From the NCBI RefSeq assembly GCF_009914755.1, contig NC_060929.1: DNA of 64,000 nt; one strand, 5' to 3'. A program made the position numbers and the translations under genes. The stretch is from the human T2T-CHM13v2.0 reference genome, Homo sapiens. The notes under the pieces were generated by a model. The model worked only from the letters and a program-made list of their open reading frames with translations. It did no database searches and was not told where the DNA came from. Numbering within the stretch: position 1 is the stretch's first letter; each line of letters begins with the position of its first letter. Below are positions 19,291-36,880 of this stretch, one piece after another.

Positions 19291-22179
19291 ATACATAAGG
19301 TAAATGCTAAGATCAAAGGCAGTGTCAAAGCAGAGAGGAGGAACCTTTTTAGCCAAACCTAGGCTTTAGGGAAGACTTCTGAGATAATATTATGTCTAGG
19401 TTAGAAATAAAATAAAATGCAAGATGATATTAGATGCTAGGCATGGAACTGGACCCTAAGGATTGAGGTTAAGAATATAAGGCTTTAAGTGCCCTAAGCT
19501 ACAAATTCAGAACCACCAGCTACCTCTCCATGGGACTTACTGAAATGAGAGCCATTTCACAATACCAACCCTTTGTCCACATAAGAGGAATGTGTTACTT
19601 CTTGATAAAATACGGTGTTCATGAAGAGAGGTCATTTACTCCTTTAAAATCCCTGTAGAAGAGCAGTGCTTTCATCTTCCAAACCAAGAGGAAAAAGGGC
19701 CCAAAACAGTCACTTGGTTGGATATGTTTGGGGGCACTGTATCTGAAAAGAGGATTAGGAGAGATTTCATGGTGGGCACTTCTACAAGTGAAGTCCCACA
19801 AGATGCTCTGGCTCCCAAATAGAATTGTCCTTTTGAATTAAGCGTCCTCATTGTGTCTGATTTTTGAGGACATTCCTTATTTTCCTACTGCCTCAGCAAT
19901 GCTTTTCAAAAGACTTAAAACACAAATCATGAAGAACAACGGCTATGTACATTAAATATAACATCATTTATTTCACCTTCTTAAATACTTCTTTCAGTCC
20001 TGACAGAGACCCCAATTAATTTGGAGCTTCTCATTTATTTTCTTTTGGACATTTGGCTACAATACAATAAAAAATATCAAAATTTAATATATTTTTTAAA
20101 GATCCCACTTGCTCGAAGTATATAGATGCTGAAGCCAAAATTGAATATGACTGTATTTTTCTATAAACTAGTTGACCTGTTTCTTCGAGAAATTATCACA
20201 ACGCAACCACATTAATGATGACAAATCATTCAGATTGGAGATTTACTGAACATCCCAGTTCATGTTCAGTGACTGCTTGTGTTTATGGTTTTATGTGGAT
20301 CTGGCCTATTCTTTAGATATTATAAATTACCAACTACTTTAGATATTTTGAAATAAAATTCTTGAGTAAGAATAATAGCAGATGAATTATAACTTAAAAT
20401 ATTTCCTAATTCTGAGAACTGGAAGAAGAAAATGAGGAAAAGTACAGAGTGGGTGAAATTAACATAGTTTACTGAATGTGAAGATTAATTTGAAAACACT
20501 CAAGTTCAGAATATGCTGGTATCCCTCAAATCAGGGGGTGGGATGTATATCCAAGCTGGAAACAAGATGGGTGGTCTTCAATTGATGTTTATTGATGAAA
20601 CTTCTTCATGAGTTTTCATACCCATGTTACTGGTCTTCAGAATAGAACCAGTGCCCGAGGAAGAGAAAGTCTATAGGGCTTAAAAATGAGTTTTCAAGAA
20701 AAGATTAAACAGAACTTTTCTAGTTTCTACAAAGGGGTAAATAGCAAATGGCAATGAGTGTCTTATTTGTTTCATCATATGTTTAATACAAACTAAAGTG
20801 AAACAACTGTGATGGAGGGTAGGAAGAAAAACAACAAAGTTTTCTTAAAGTTTCCAGACCCAATGCCAACATTAAAACAACAATATTAAGTATATATAAA
20901 TGGAGGCAGTTTTGCCCAGACAGGCTGGCAAATATAACATTTAAGTGAAAAAGCCACCAAAATGCTTCCTCTTCTATTAAAAACCCAAAGAATTTTAATT
21001 TAAACTTAATTACAGTTTTAAGTAAAACATTACACGTTAATTATCCAGTCTCCAAGGACATGCAAAATAATGCCCTTTTGCAGGAAGTTGGTGGAGCATT
21101 GACTGGTTGCCAACCGTCAAACTAAAGAATTTTTAAAGGACCTGTATGCAAAGGTTTAAAAAGTTAAAGGAAATAAGATAATATATACACTTATGATTAA
21201 TTAGCATAACTCCCATAATAATTCTCTGTGAAACCATAACTCATAATAAAAGAGAATCACATTGAAAATCAGAAAGTATTCATTCTTTTAAAGATGAAAA
21301 AATATATTATCATTTTACATAAATGTTCACATTTTTTCTGTTATAAGGGAAGTAACTTCAAGAAAATATTCAAGTTTAGAGATTCATGTCTTTATAACTC
21401 ACAAATCTTTTCTAATTTATTCTAAAATATGTATTTGTGTATTCAAAAGAACAAATAATGAATCTACAAATTAAATACTTACATAAATGATGACTAATGT
21501 TATTAAATTAATTTATAGGCTAAATGCAGAAATATCTGACATGTGAAATGTGTCATTTATATTCATTGCCTTCAAATTTTACACGTACACAATACAAGTA
21601 ATTGAACTCAAAACACAGGAAATAATCATTCTTAAAGGTCTAATATTGATTATGAGCCTAGATCTTGGCCAGTCTTCAACAAATAAGGAACTTTAATCAA
21701 AGACCATTTACAAAAGTTGCGGACCACCATTAGCTGTTTGAATAGAAACCAAAGTAAAGCTTCCGCTGGGAGAGTTTCATGTTGCCTGAAATTCTTGCTC
21801 TTAGGAAAGTAATGGAGTTGTAGTCTACCTTCATTTTCCAATAATAGTTTGCATATTATGATGTGAACATCATTTTGAAATATAAGTGGTTATATGTAAA
21901 TGGAAAACTATATTTGAATTAAAAATTTGTTAAAGCAAAATAAATTTTGTTTTTCAGATTGTTATTCCTATTTCTCATTATCATCCTACTTTTCTTCCTA
22001 TACAAGCCATTCTAAAATGTTTGATTCACAACTTTTTGTTGTATGTATTCTTATAAGATACATATTGTGGTTTGGTGTTTATGTACGTATTTGACATTGA
22101 TAAAAGTATTTTCTTTTGCTTCTTCGTTTTAACACATTTTCAAGATATATCCATTTTTCTGTGTTACATTTAGAATGAG

Positions 22180-22585
22180 GTAACTAGCATCTAAGATGGC
22201 TACCAATGATCTACACTGCTTGGTAATCATGTCCGTATGTGATTGCCTCCCACAGTAAGTCAGAGCTGGCCCTGTGTATGGCAAATAGGATGCAGTAGAT
22301 ATGATGTTGTGTGACTTCTGAGGCTAGGTCAGAAAAGGTAACAAGGCTTCTGTTTGACTATTTCTCTCTTAGGACTTGGAGTCAAGGAAATATGTTGGGA
22401 GGAAATCCAGGCCACAGGGAGAAGCCACATGTAGGCATTGTAGCCGACAGCCCCAGCCAAGGTCTTAGCCAAGAGTCAATTTCAAATGCCAAAGATGTGA
22501 ATCAGTCTTCAGATAACTCTAGTTCCCAGCATTTGAGTAGCCCCAGCTGAAGCCAAGTGTATCCCCGCCAAATTTCAGACCTGTG
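22180..22585 (+). mobile_element. MaLR LTR (MLT1F/G-like)
   Basis: 'ctaagatggctaccaatgatc...tgtgacttctgaggctaggtcagaaaagg...gccgacagccccagcc'. Confidence 0.65.
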
Positions 22586-23012
22586 AGTGTGTCAGTTTGA
22601 AATCTGTGAGAAGCAAGTGATAAGAGATTTGTTGTGGAAAATGCTTGTGAAGTATAAAGAGTACAGGAGCATAAGGAGGAGGGAGGAACCTTCAGACTGC
22701 AATGCAGGTATGACACTTTTGAAAAGAGACAAGGAAGAAATGAGGATGGGGAAAGAGCTTCAGACTACATAGCATTTCGGAAAAGATCTTGGCCAGGTTG
22801 ATAGCGAGCCCCTAAGCAAAGGGGCCTGTAGAGGAGTCCATCATTAGGCAAAAATGACCTGACACTAGTTCTCTTGCAGTGTTCAGTCATTGGCTGTGAG
22901 GAACTCTGGAGAGGGCAGCCTTGGCAAAAACACCACAGTCGATTGGATGGTATGGCAGCTGGGGGCTATCAGTCATCTATGCTCTGCACTAACTCTCTCC
23001 ATGGCTGCCACA
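22586..23012 (-). mobile_element. ERVL-type LTR fragment
   Basis: 'ccttcagactgcaatgcaggtatgacac...cagtcattggctgtgagg...gctgccaca' resembles reversed old ERVL LTRs. Confidence 0.4.
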
Positions 23013-23328
23013 GTCTACTCTTTTAATGCATGAATCTACTTCTCCACGCATCTTTAAGATTCAGGTACTTCATACTTCTCATGGACTTCACCTCCTAGGG
23101 GCCTTCCTTCTTAAAATGTTCTCTTCTATTGGCTCTGATAGTGCTAGACATCATTCATTTTCCCCCAGCCATTCCCTGGTTTCCTGGGTTGACTCATCTT
23201 TCTCTGAATAAGTTTTTAAATAATGGGGGGGATCTCCTCAGGAACTTCCTATAGGTCTTCCTCTTAAAGATGGAGATGAGTGAGACAAATTAAAGCCCTC
23301 ATCAATGCAATTGTTCTCAGGACAATAA

Positions 23329-24060
<732 letters not shown>

Positions 24061-25847
24061 TTAAAAAAATTTCTCACTTATGGAAAGTCATTGCATGCCT
24101 GGTAAATGAAGATAAGAACATAGTCAAGGAGATATCTTTTATGAGTTCTCCTCTCTCAATTCAAATTGATACTTACACATTTTCTTCCAATGAATGGGAT
24201 TTTTTCTGGACCTTTAAGTAAACCTAATTTCTTAAACCCACATTTTCACTTAACCATGTAAAGAAGACAATGAATAATGCACAATAATTTTAAACAACCA
24301 TCCTATTAGGAGAAGAGCTAAGATATGACTGAAACACAATCTACATCCTCTCAATCAGACTCTTAAGCAACTTATAAGTTTTTACTGATACATTAAACTA
24401 TGTTTTCAATACAGATAATGAATGTGGGAGAAATATCACAAGCAGTTATAAAAATATGTGGTTAAGATTTTGGATACTTATATACAAACGTATATTTGTA
24501 ATATTATATGATTCATTGATGACTCATTCACATAAGAAAAGTACATGTTTTTATTTAGATCTTTAAGCAAGTGTGAGTGGGATATGGGTGTCAAGAGGAT
24601 TTGAATTTCTAGGGTGTGGGTAGAACAATGCTTTCAAAACCAGAAAGAACATACAATTTACACTTAAAAATATGAGACAGGTGGAATGAAGAAAGATTGA
24701 TCTGAAAAATAAAAAGTCCAAATGAGCATCCTGTCATAAAAGCAAACAGAAGTGAGATTATATAACAAATCGTGACAAAAATCTGAGAAAATGTCTAGTT
24801 TTATTTTTTCATGAAAAGCTGGGATAGCCCTTAATTATCCTAAATTGTCATGAGCAGTGTAATTTTTACTCCAAGTAAGCTTTGTATTCTTGATATCTCT
24901 TGAAAATAACAAGATAAATGATTTAGTTATACTTTGTTAGTAAATAATATTTTCATATAACACATCAAATAATGACTTCAGACAGATGCCAAAAAGGGAG
25001 CAAATAGTTGTTTTTAGATTCCTGTTAATAATTTATTTTGAAACCTGAAGTCTACACTAGCTAATAAGAATGCATCACCACCTTGTGGAAATTCCTTCAA
25101 ACTACAGACACACGATCCCAAGATCCAGATCGGAAGAGAGTAAGTAGCAGATCAAGCTATTTAATTTCCATTTGCAAAGTAAGTTTGACTGTTATTCCTT
25201 GTAGCTCACAACTAAATCTTAGTCTCTGAAACTAGCCTCTAACTTTAACTCTAGACTTATATTTTCAACTGCTTGGTTTACTTTCTCAACTGATGCTTTG
25301 TTGCCACTTAAAATGCCATAACTTCTAAACCAAATTCTGCCTAATAGTTCTATTTAAGTTAGTGGGCATTCATACAGTGTTCAGTCACCTAAACTAAAAT
25401 TTTTGATCTCCTTTGATTTATTTTCCCATGAAGATCCACTTTACCTTAAAATTAATCACCAAGTTCTGTTAGCTCTCATTCCTTTCTTTCCCACTTATCC
25501 TCTCCATTTTATTGCCACTAACAAGACTAGATTATGCCTTTTAATTGCATATCTAGGCTATTGCAACCATCTTATAACCTGTACTTCCAGCATCTCCCCT
25601 TCCACCATTGCCACTGTTCCCTTGTGTGAATCTAACAAATTTTGTTTAGCTTAAATTTGCCTTAGGCTTTATGGCCTCCAGTGCTTTTATCAGATGGCTT
25701 TTCACCTCTGCTCTTAAGGTCATACCCCCTCTCTCCAGTAAGCTCTTCCATTATATCTGGATGCCAAAATTCTTGGGAAGAGTGTTTGAACACTCTTGCA
25801 CTGAAATATCATGAACTTAAAGACCTTTGATTTGAAAAGTGGTTCTT

Positions 25848-26879
25848 GGGTGGAGCCAAGATGGCCAAATAGGAACAGCTCCAGTCTACAGCTCCCAGCG
25901 TGAGCCATGCAGAAGACGGGTGACTTCTCCATCTCCAAGTGAGGTACCGGGTTCATCTCACAGGGGAGTGTCAGAAAGTGGGTACAGGAGAGTGGGTGCA
26001 GTGCACCAAGCGTGAGCCGAAGCAGGGCAAGGCATCACCTCACCTGGGAAGGGCAAGGGGTCAGGGAATTCCCTTTCCTAGTCAAAGAAAGGGGTGACAG
26101 ATGGCACCTGGAAAATCAGGTCACTCCCACCCTAATACTGAGCTTTTCCAATGGTCTTAGCAAACGGCACACCAGGAAATTATATCCCACGCCTGGCTTG
26201 GAAGGTCCTACACCCACAGAGCCTCACTCATTGCTAGCACAGCAGTCTGAGATCAAACTGCAAGGTGGCAGCAAGGCTGGGGGAGGGGTGCCCGCCATTG
26301 CTGAGGCTTGAGTAAGTAAACAAAGCCAAAGCGGCCTGGAAGCTCGAACTGGGTGGAGCCCACCGCAGCTCAAGGAGGCCTACCTGCCTCTGTAGACTCC
26401 ACCTCTGGGGGCAGGACATAGACAAACAAAAGGCAGCAGAATCCTCTGCAGACTTAATTGTCCCTGTCTGACAGCTTTGAAGAGACTAGTGGTTCTCTCA
26501 ACATGCAGCTGGAGATCTCAGAACAGACAGACTGCCTCCTCAAGTGGGTCCCTGACCCCCGAGTAGGCTAATTGGGAGGCAGCCCCCAGTAGGGGCAGAC
26601 TGACACCTCACACGGCCAGGTACTCCTCTGAGACAAAACTTCCAGAGGAATGATCAGGCAGCAACATTTGCTGCTCACTAACATCCACTGTTCTGCAGCC
26701 TGTGCTGCTGATACCCAGGCAAACAGGGTCTGGAGTGGACCTCCAGCAAACTCCAACAGACTTGAAGCTGAGGGTCCTGACTGTTAGAAGGAAAACTAAC
26801 AAACAGAAAGGACATCCATACCAAAACCCCACCTGTACGTCACCATCATCAAAGACGAAAGGTAGATAAAACCACAAAG
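25848..26879 (+). promoter_or_regulatory. L1 5'UTR internal sense promoter (YY1 site) and antisense promoter region
   Basis: CAAGATGGCC YY1 motif at 25857-25866; complete 5'UTR up to the ORF1 ATG at 26880. Confidence 0.7.
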
Positions 26880-27897
26880 ATGGGGAAAAACCAGAGCAGA
26901 AAAACTGGAAACTCTAAAAATCAGAGCGCCTCTCCTCCTCCAAAGGAACATAGCTGCTCACCTGCAATGGAAGAAAGCTGGAAGGAGAATGACTTTGCCG
27001 AGTTGAGAGAAGAAGGCTTCAGGTGATCAAACAACTCTGAGCTAAAGGAGGAAGTTTGAACCCATGGCAAAGAAGTTAAAAACCTTGAACAAAAATTAGA
27101 CGAATGGCTAACTAGAATAACTAACACAGAGAAGTCCCTAAAGGACCTGATGGAGCTGAAAACCAAGGCACGAGAACTACGTGATGAATGCACAAGCCTC
27201 AGTAGCTGATTGGATCAACTGGAGGAAAGGGAATCAGTGATGGAAGATCAATTGAATGAAACGAAGTGAGAAGAGAAGTTTAGAGAAAAAAGAACAAAAA
27301 GAAACGAACAAAGCCTCCAAGAAATATGGGACTATGTGAAAAGACCAAATCTACGTCTGATTGGTGTACCTGAAAGTGACAGGGAGAATGGAACCAAGTT
27401 GGAAAACACTCTGCAGGATATTATCCAGGAGAACTTCCCCAATCTAGCAAGGCAGGCCAACATTCAAATTCAGGAAATACAGAGAATGCCACAAAGATAC
27501 TCCTCAAGAAGAGCTACTCAAAGACACATAATTGTCAGATTCACCAAAGTTGAAATGAAGGAAAAAATGTTAAGGGCAGTCAGAGAAAAAGGTCAGGTTA
27601 CCCACAAAGGGGAAGCCCATCAGATTGACAGCTGATCTCTCGGCAGAAACTCTACAAGCCAGAAGAGAGTGGGGGCCAATATTCAACATTCTTAAAGAAA
27701 AGAATTTTCAACCCAGAATTTCATATCCAGCCAAACTAGGCTTCATAAGTGAAGGAGAAATAAAATCCTTTACAGACCAGGAAATGCTGAGAGATTCTGT
27801 CACCACCAGCCCTGCCCTACAAGAGCTACTGAAGGAAGCACTAAACATGGAAAGGAACAACCGGTACCAGCCACTGCAAAAACATGCCAAATTGTAA
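26880..27897 (+). pseudogene. L1 ORF1, inactivated
   Basis: ATG GGG AAA AAC at 26880; internal stops and frameshifts; fragments 27336-27635 and 27625-27897. Confidence 0.9.
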
Positions 27898-27960
27898 AGA
27901 CCATCGAGGCTAGGAAGAAACTGCATCAACTAACGAGCAAAATGACCAGCTAACATCATA

Positions 27961-31786
<3,826 letters not shown>

Positions 31787-33387
31787 ACAATGAGAACACA
31801 TGGACACAGGAAGGGGAACATCACACACTGGGGCCTGTTGTGGGGTAGGGGGATGGGGGAGGGATAGCATTAGGAGATATACGTGATGTTAAATGATGAG
31901 TTAATGGGTGCAGCACAGCAACATGGCACATATATACATATGTAACTAACCTGCACATTGTGCACACGTACCCTAAAACTTAAAGTATAATAAAAAGAAA
32001 AAGAAAAGTGGTTCTTAATCTGAAAAGATATTTCAATCTAGTTGTTACAGATATATACATGGAGTAATGGCTGTTCACTTGATGAAGTGGGGAGCTAAAT
32101 CCATATTGGTAATGAATGACATTAAAAAATGTTGCAATCATATGATTCTTGAATGCAGAAATCGGTTCTTTCCCAAGAATTAGAGTAAGTTCTTTGTGAA
32201 GATTTTCCTTATGTACCTAAACAGATGAGATAGATCATTTCTCTTTACTCTCATAGCAACTGTGAATTACACTGATGTTATTCTTATATCTACTTCAAGA
32301 GTATAAGCACTGTATAGAATATAGATTTCTTTTATCTAAATTGCTATGGTATAAAAACTATGAATTCTCTCCTCACAGATACTAACAAAACATAACTATG
32401 TATCCACACTTAGTTCAATTCTCAACAAAACCCAAAGAGTAGGAAATGGTGTCTGCTCATCATCACCCCTCCTTCCTACAAGACTTGTCTTTATCCTATA
32501 GAACTGAAAGGAGGGCATGACATGTGAAGGAAGAGAGTGTACCCTAACATGTTAATTCTGACTCATTTAGTTTGATATATACTTTTGTTCCTTCTGTGTA
32601 AAATCCTGAACAATTATTCTACTTAGAGTTTAGCAGGCATTTTGATCTTCTAGTTTTATTTACTAGCCCAAATCTCCTTATTGATCAAACTTGTACTTTA
32701 ATAAAATGAATCTTATCATATTCCAAAGAATAATGCATATAATTTTAGTTTTCAATAAATGAATTCTTTGTACTAAGAGAATATAGAATGAGTTGGTCAT
32801 TGGGTGGTGGTTCCAGGTGACAACTAGAACTCAGCATATGTTTAGAATCACATCAGGTCACAACTGCAACAGGACTTTTTCAAGAGATTTGCTGAGATTG
32901 GAATGAAGCAAGATAAATAACCTTGTAAGCAAGATACACTAGAAACAGATCAGACGAGCATATTCACAAGATCAAACAAAGCAGGGAGTCTTTGGTCAAG
33001 TGTTTAAGCCGCACCAGGGAGAGTTCCCTGTGTACATGATTATCAACATTCAGGAAATGAATGGTCAGTTCTTTTACAACTGGTGGCCAGGAACTTGTCA
33101 AACGGACCTAATTCCCAAAAATAGTCTGTCAGATAGCATAGGTCTCAGACCTGTTTAGTCAGATCCCAATCCTCGATGGAAGTGATTCCATTCTCATCTA
33201 TCTAAAATGTATTGGGATACATAATGCAGGTTAATTGGGAGCTCAGTGGAATGGGCTAAAAAGAATCACCTTACCTAAGGTTATTCTCCCCTTCCCAGAG
33301 CAGCCTGAACCCAGTGACTCATTGATTCTGTGTTATAAAGGTCAAGCTCTCTTTTCTCAACTCTGGGAAATTCTGAAGAGCCATTAA

Positions 33388-33518
33388 CCCATTTATGCTG
33401 GAGGTTGCAAATTTTCTTGTGTGAAAAATCAAACCTTGGAGATGACTTTGAGCAGTAGGATATAAATAACTCCCACAAGCTTAGCTTTCCAATAATGGAA
33501 CACCAGGCATAAATCGGT
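33388..33518 (-). mobile_element. MER85 piggyBac-derived MITE
   Basis: TTAA at 33384-33387 and 33519-33522; TIRs CCCATTTATGC / GGCATAAATCGG; internal 'gatgactttgagcagtaggatataaataactcccac' matches MER85 consensus as recalled. Confidence 0.85.
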
Positions 33519-34361
33519 TTAAAACTTCAAGCCCCTCCTGGGGTCAGCTAAGACCCTATTGTGACTGTATCTAATTCACCTCAATCCTGCTTCATTTATT
33601 CTTCCCAGAAGTGTTGATCCTGAGAACATCCACCACCATAGAAAGAACAATGAACAACCAGACACATAGAATTATTCAGCCAGCTGATATAGTCAACATC
33701 TGTCATCAACCATCACAGTGCTGGTACAATGACTGCACAAATGTAATAGCCAGAGAGGTAGGAATAGTTGCTAAGCAGGGGCTAGACAAGGTAGCTTCAC
33801 ATTCACCAATGCTAATAACCATTACTGCTGCAAAATTCCAACCTGCTGGCAACAAAGACCAGTACTAAGCATCTAATATGGCACTGTCCCTTAAGGAAAC
33901 AAGCTGGCCACTTGGTGACAAGTCTATTACATTTGATCCTTTTTATCCCAGGAAGGGGCAGTGATTTATTTTGTCAGTAACTGACACATATTCTAATTGT
34001 GGGTGTGACATTCTTATCCACAGAGCCTCAACTAGCCACTGCTATCCAGGGACTTACAAAATGTTTTATATGCTGGCACATCATCTCCTATAACTTTGCA
34101 TCAGACCTATGGGCCCTCTTTATAGCAAAGCTGGTGTGACAGTGAGCACATGACCATAAAATCTACTGGTCCTATCACCACAGTAGCTGATATCCGCATA
34201 GAGAATTTAATGGCCTATTACAGGTACAGCTGAGGTGTTAGTTTAGGGATGATACCCTCCAAAGACAGGTGTTATGTTTCAGGACACATATCCACACTAA
34301 ATCAATTACTATTGTATAGTGCAAAGATTCCAGTAGATAGAATACACAGGCCTGGAATGAA

Positions 34362-34757
34362 ATGCTAGAAGCAGGAGTAGCCCTGCTTACCATCATTCTC
34401 AGTGACTCACTTGAGAAATTCACATTTCCTGGCTCTGCAATCCTGTCACTGGGGAACACAGAAACAGTCTCATTGCACTTTAAGCTACAACTCTTGCCTG
34501 GACACTATGTATTCCTTGTACCAAGGTACCAACAAACAAAAAGAAAAATTTTCAGCCTGGAGGGAGCAATTAACTCAGATTATCAAGAGGAGGCAGGGCT
34601 GCTGTTATACAATGGGGACAAGAAGGATTATGTTTGGCACTCAGGTGGTCAACTGGAATGTTTCTTGGCACCCCCTCGTCCAATGTCAACGGCAAATGGA
34701 CAAGTGCAGTATCCTCAAAAGAGCATGGTAACCAGCAGCGTGGACCCCCCGAGATGA
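34362..34757 (+). pseudogene. ERVL dUTPase-like remnant
   Basis: KLQLLPGHYVFLVP...LEGAINSDYQEEAGLLLYNGDKKDYVWHSG aligns by eye to ERVL KLRLPPGHFGLL...LAGVIDPDYQ.EI.LLLHNGGKEEY.WN.G. Confidence 0.65.
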
Positions 34758-35445
34758 GGATATTGGTCAACCAACTAAATAACCATCTAGACTAGCAGGG
34801 TTGCTAACTGAACATGAGGCACTCTAGAACAGATAGTAGGGAAGAGAGATGCTGTTTCAGTGGCAGCTCTGAGACCAGCTGCAGCAGCAAATGCTGTGGA
34901 TCCTCCACTAAACTTTCTCATATTGGTTTCCCTGAGGAAAAGAGGCCCTTAGAGTGCACAATGAAGAAATCAATTAGCCGTATATATAAAGTGGAGTCAA
35001 GTAGCTGAAGGGTTGGATTGTCAGAGATACTGTGATGTCCTGCCCAAATTCTCCCTTCAGAACTGAGAAAATGATTGTCCAGCTTCTGAGAAGTTTGTTG
35101 AAGGTTTTCAGACATGTGCTTAGCCCGTTTTAGAATTACCACTGGCTGAAGAGAACTGCCTTACCTCTCACAGAAGCCCAAATCCAGTGCCTAGTAAACA
35201 TGGGGCTGTAAAGTCTAGAACCCCTCTTCGAAATTTGGGAAAACCTAGAAGGGCCATTCCAGCTTAGAGCTACCAAGAGGATGGCTGAGGCCTTTGTTGC
35301 ATTTGTATCAACAAAGACACTGCCTAAATTCTCTCCCTGCCCAATCCTGCCTCCTTTCCTTTCCAAAGGACACTCTAATGAAATGCCTTCATACTAATCT
35401 TCCATTTCAATGTCTGCTTCAGAGGGGACTCAAACTGTGACATCT

Positions 35446-36269
35446 TTGGTTTACTTTCAAATAGGTCCCCTGTCAAGTTCTGCTGGGGAGCAAGACCACC
35501 GGTGTGAGGTTCTGCTGGGACCTCAGAGAGCCTGCATCCCCGGATGCTGGGTGGCCCTGCGGCCTCCTCCACCTCACCTCCATGACAGCGGTAGAAGTGT
35601 GTGACAGTTGGGAGCCTCTGGGCTGTTGAAGTCACCTTGTGTGTTCCAAGTTTCCAAACAACAGAAAGTCATTCCTTCTTTTATAATGATGCTTAAGTTC
35701 CAGCAGATGGCACGTAAGGGGTTTGCAATTTGATACCCCTGGGGAACATTTCTGTAAATACCATTGACACATCCGCCTTTTGTATAAGTTTTGGGTAATG
35801 AGAGGTGGCTTTTGCGGCCAGTATTAGACTGGAAGTTCATACCTAAGAACTGTAATAATACCTCAATGTTTGAGGAGCATGTTTTGTATACAAATATATT
35901 GTTAATCTCTGCTATGTACTGTGCTAATTCTTACACTGCCTGTATACCTTAGTATGACGCTGATACATAACTAAATTTGATACTTACATTTTTGTATGAA
36001 AATGAGTTGTGAAAGTTTTGAGTAGATATCACTTTCTCACTTTTTGAACTAAGAAATTTTTGTAAAGAAATATATATATATATATGCCTTTTTCTTAGCC
36101 TGTTTCTTCCTGTTCATGTATTTGCTTATGTTTGGTGTGTAGAACTGGATAAATGAAAAGTTCTGTGTTTAAGTTCTTCAAAATGTATATATTTAGTGCT
36201 GCATCTTTCAGTACTTTGAAATACCTCATGTTTCTAAAAATAAATAGCAATTAAATTATGCAACTAAAA
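35446..36269 (+). pseudogene. 5'-truncated processed retrocopy of an mRNA 3'UTR (parent not identified)
   Basis: 14-bp TSD AAACTGTGACATCT at 35432-35445 and 36270-36283; AATAAA at 36239-36244 then a short A-run; non-repeat, UTR-like composition. Confidence 0.75.
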
Positions 36270-36487
36270 AAACTGTGACATCTACTAACAGCGAATGAAT
36301 TCAATATTTCTCTGGATAATATAAGCCCTATTTACAGCTAAAAGAGACACAGTCTTCATGGTCTGTGAAAGAAATTCATATTATATTATGTGTACTTAGT
36401 AATATCCTCAATGTGTTCAAATGATAGAAAAGTGTAAGTTCCTTGAATCAATTCTCATTTTTTCCAATAGGAATGTAGGCATTCCTC

Positions 36488-36880
36488 TTTTAATTTTTTA
36501 TTTTAATTTTAATTTTTAATTATGGATACATAATAATTGTATACAGTTACGAGACATATGTGAGTTTTTTATAGAGGAATATGATGTGTGATGATCAAAT
36601 CAGGGTATTGTGGTATCCATCACCTCAGGCCTTTATCATTTCTTTGTGTTAAGAACATTCCAATTTTACTCCTTTAGTTACTTTTAAATATGCAATAAAT
36701 TGTTGTTAACTATAGTCACCCTACTGTGTTACTGAACACTAGATCTTATTCACTCTATCTAACCGTATTTTTGTACCATTAACCATCACCACTTTCTCCC
36801 CCTCTATGCTTCTCTCCCCACTATGCTTCCCAGCCTCTAGCATCTATCATTGCACTCCCTATCTTCACGGTTCAATTTTG
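36488..36880 (-). mobile_element. L1MA-type 3' end fragment
   Basis: T-rich tail, 'gatcaaatcagggtatt...tccatcacctca', 'ttaactatagtcaccctactgtg...actagatcttattc'. Confidence 0.75.

Larger units (their letters stand above)
33240..35441 (+). mobile_element. Internally deleted ERVL-class provirus (HERV16/ERV3-16A3-like): LTR16-like 5' LTR, pol/dUTPase remnant, PPT, 3' LTR
   Basis: LTR16-like blocks ~33240-33630 and 35018-35441 (ends TGACA); PPT-like 'gaagggttgga' before TGT; internal ORF 34362-34757 resembles ERVL dUTPase. Confidence 0.65.
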
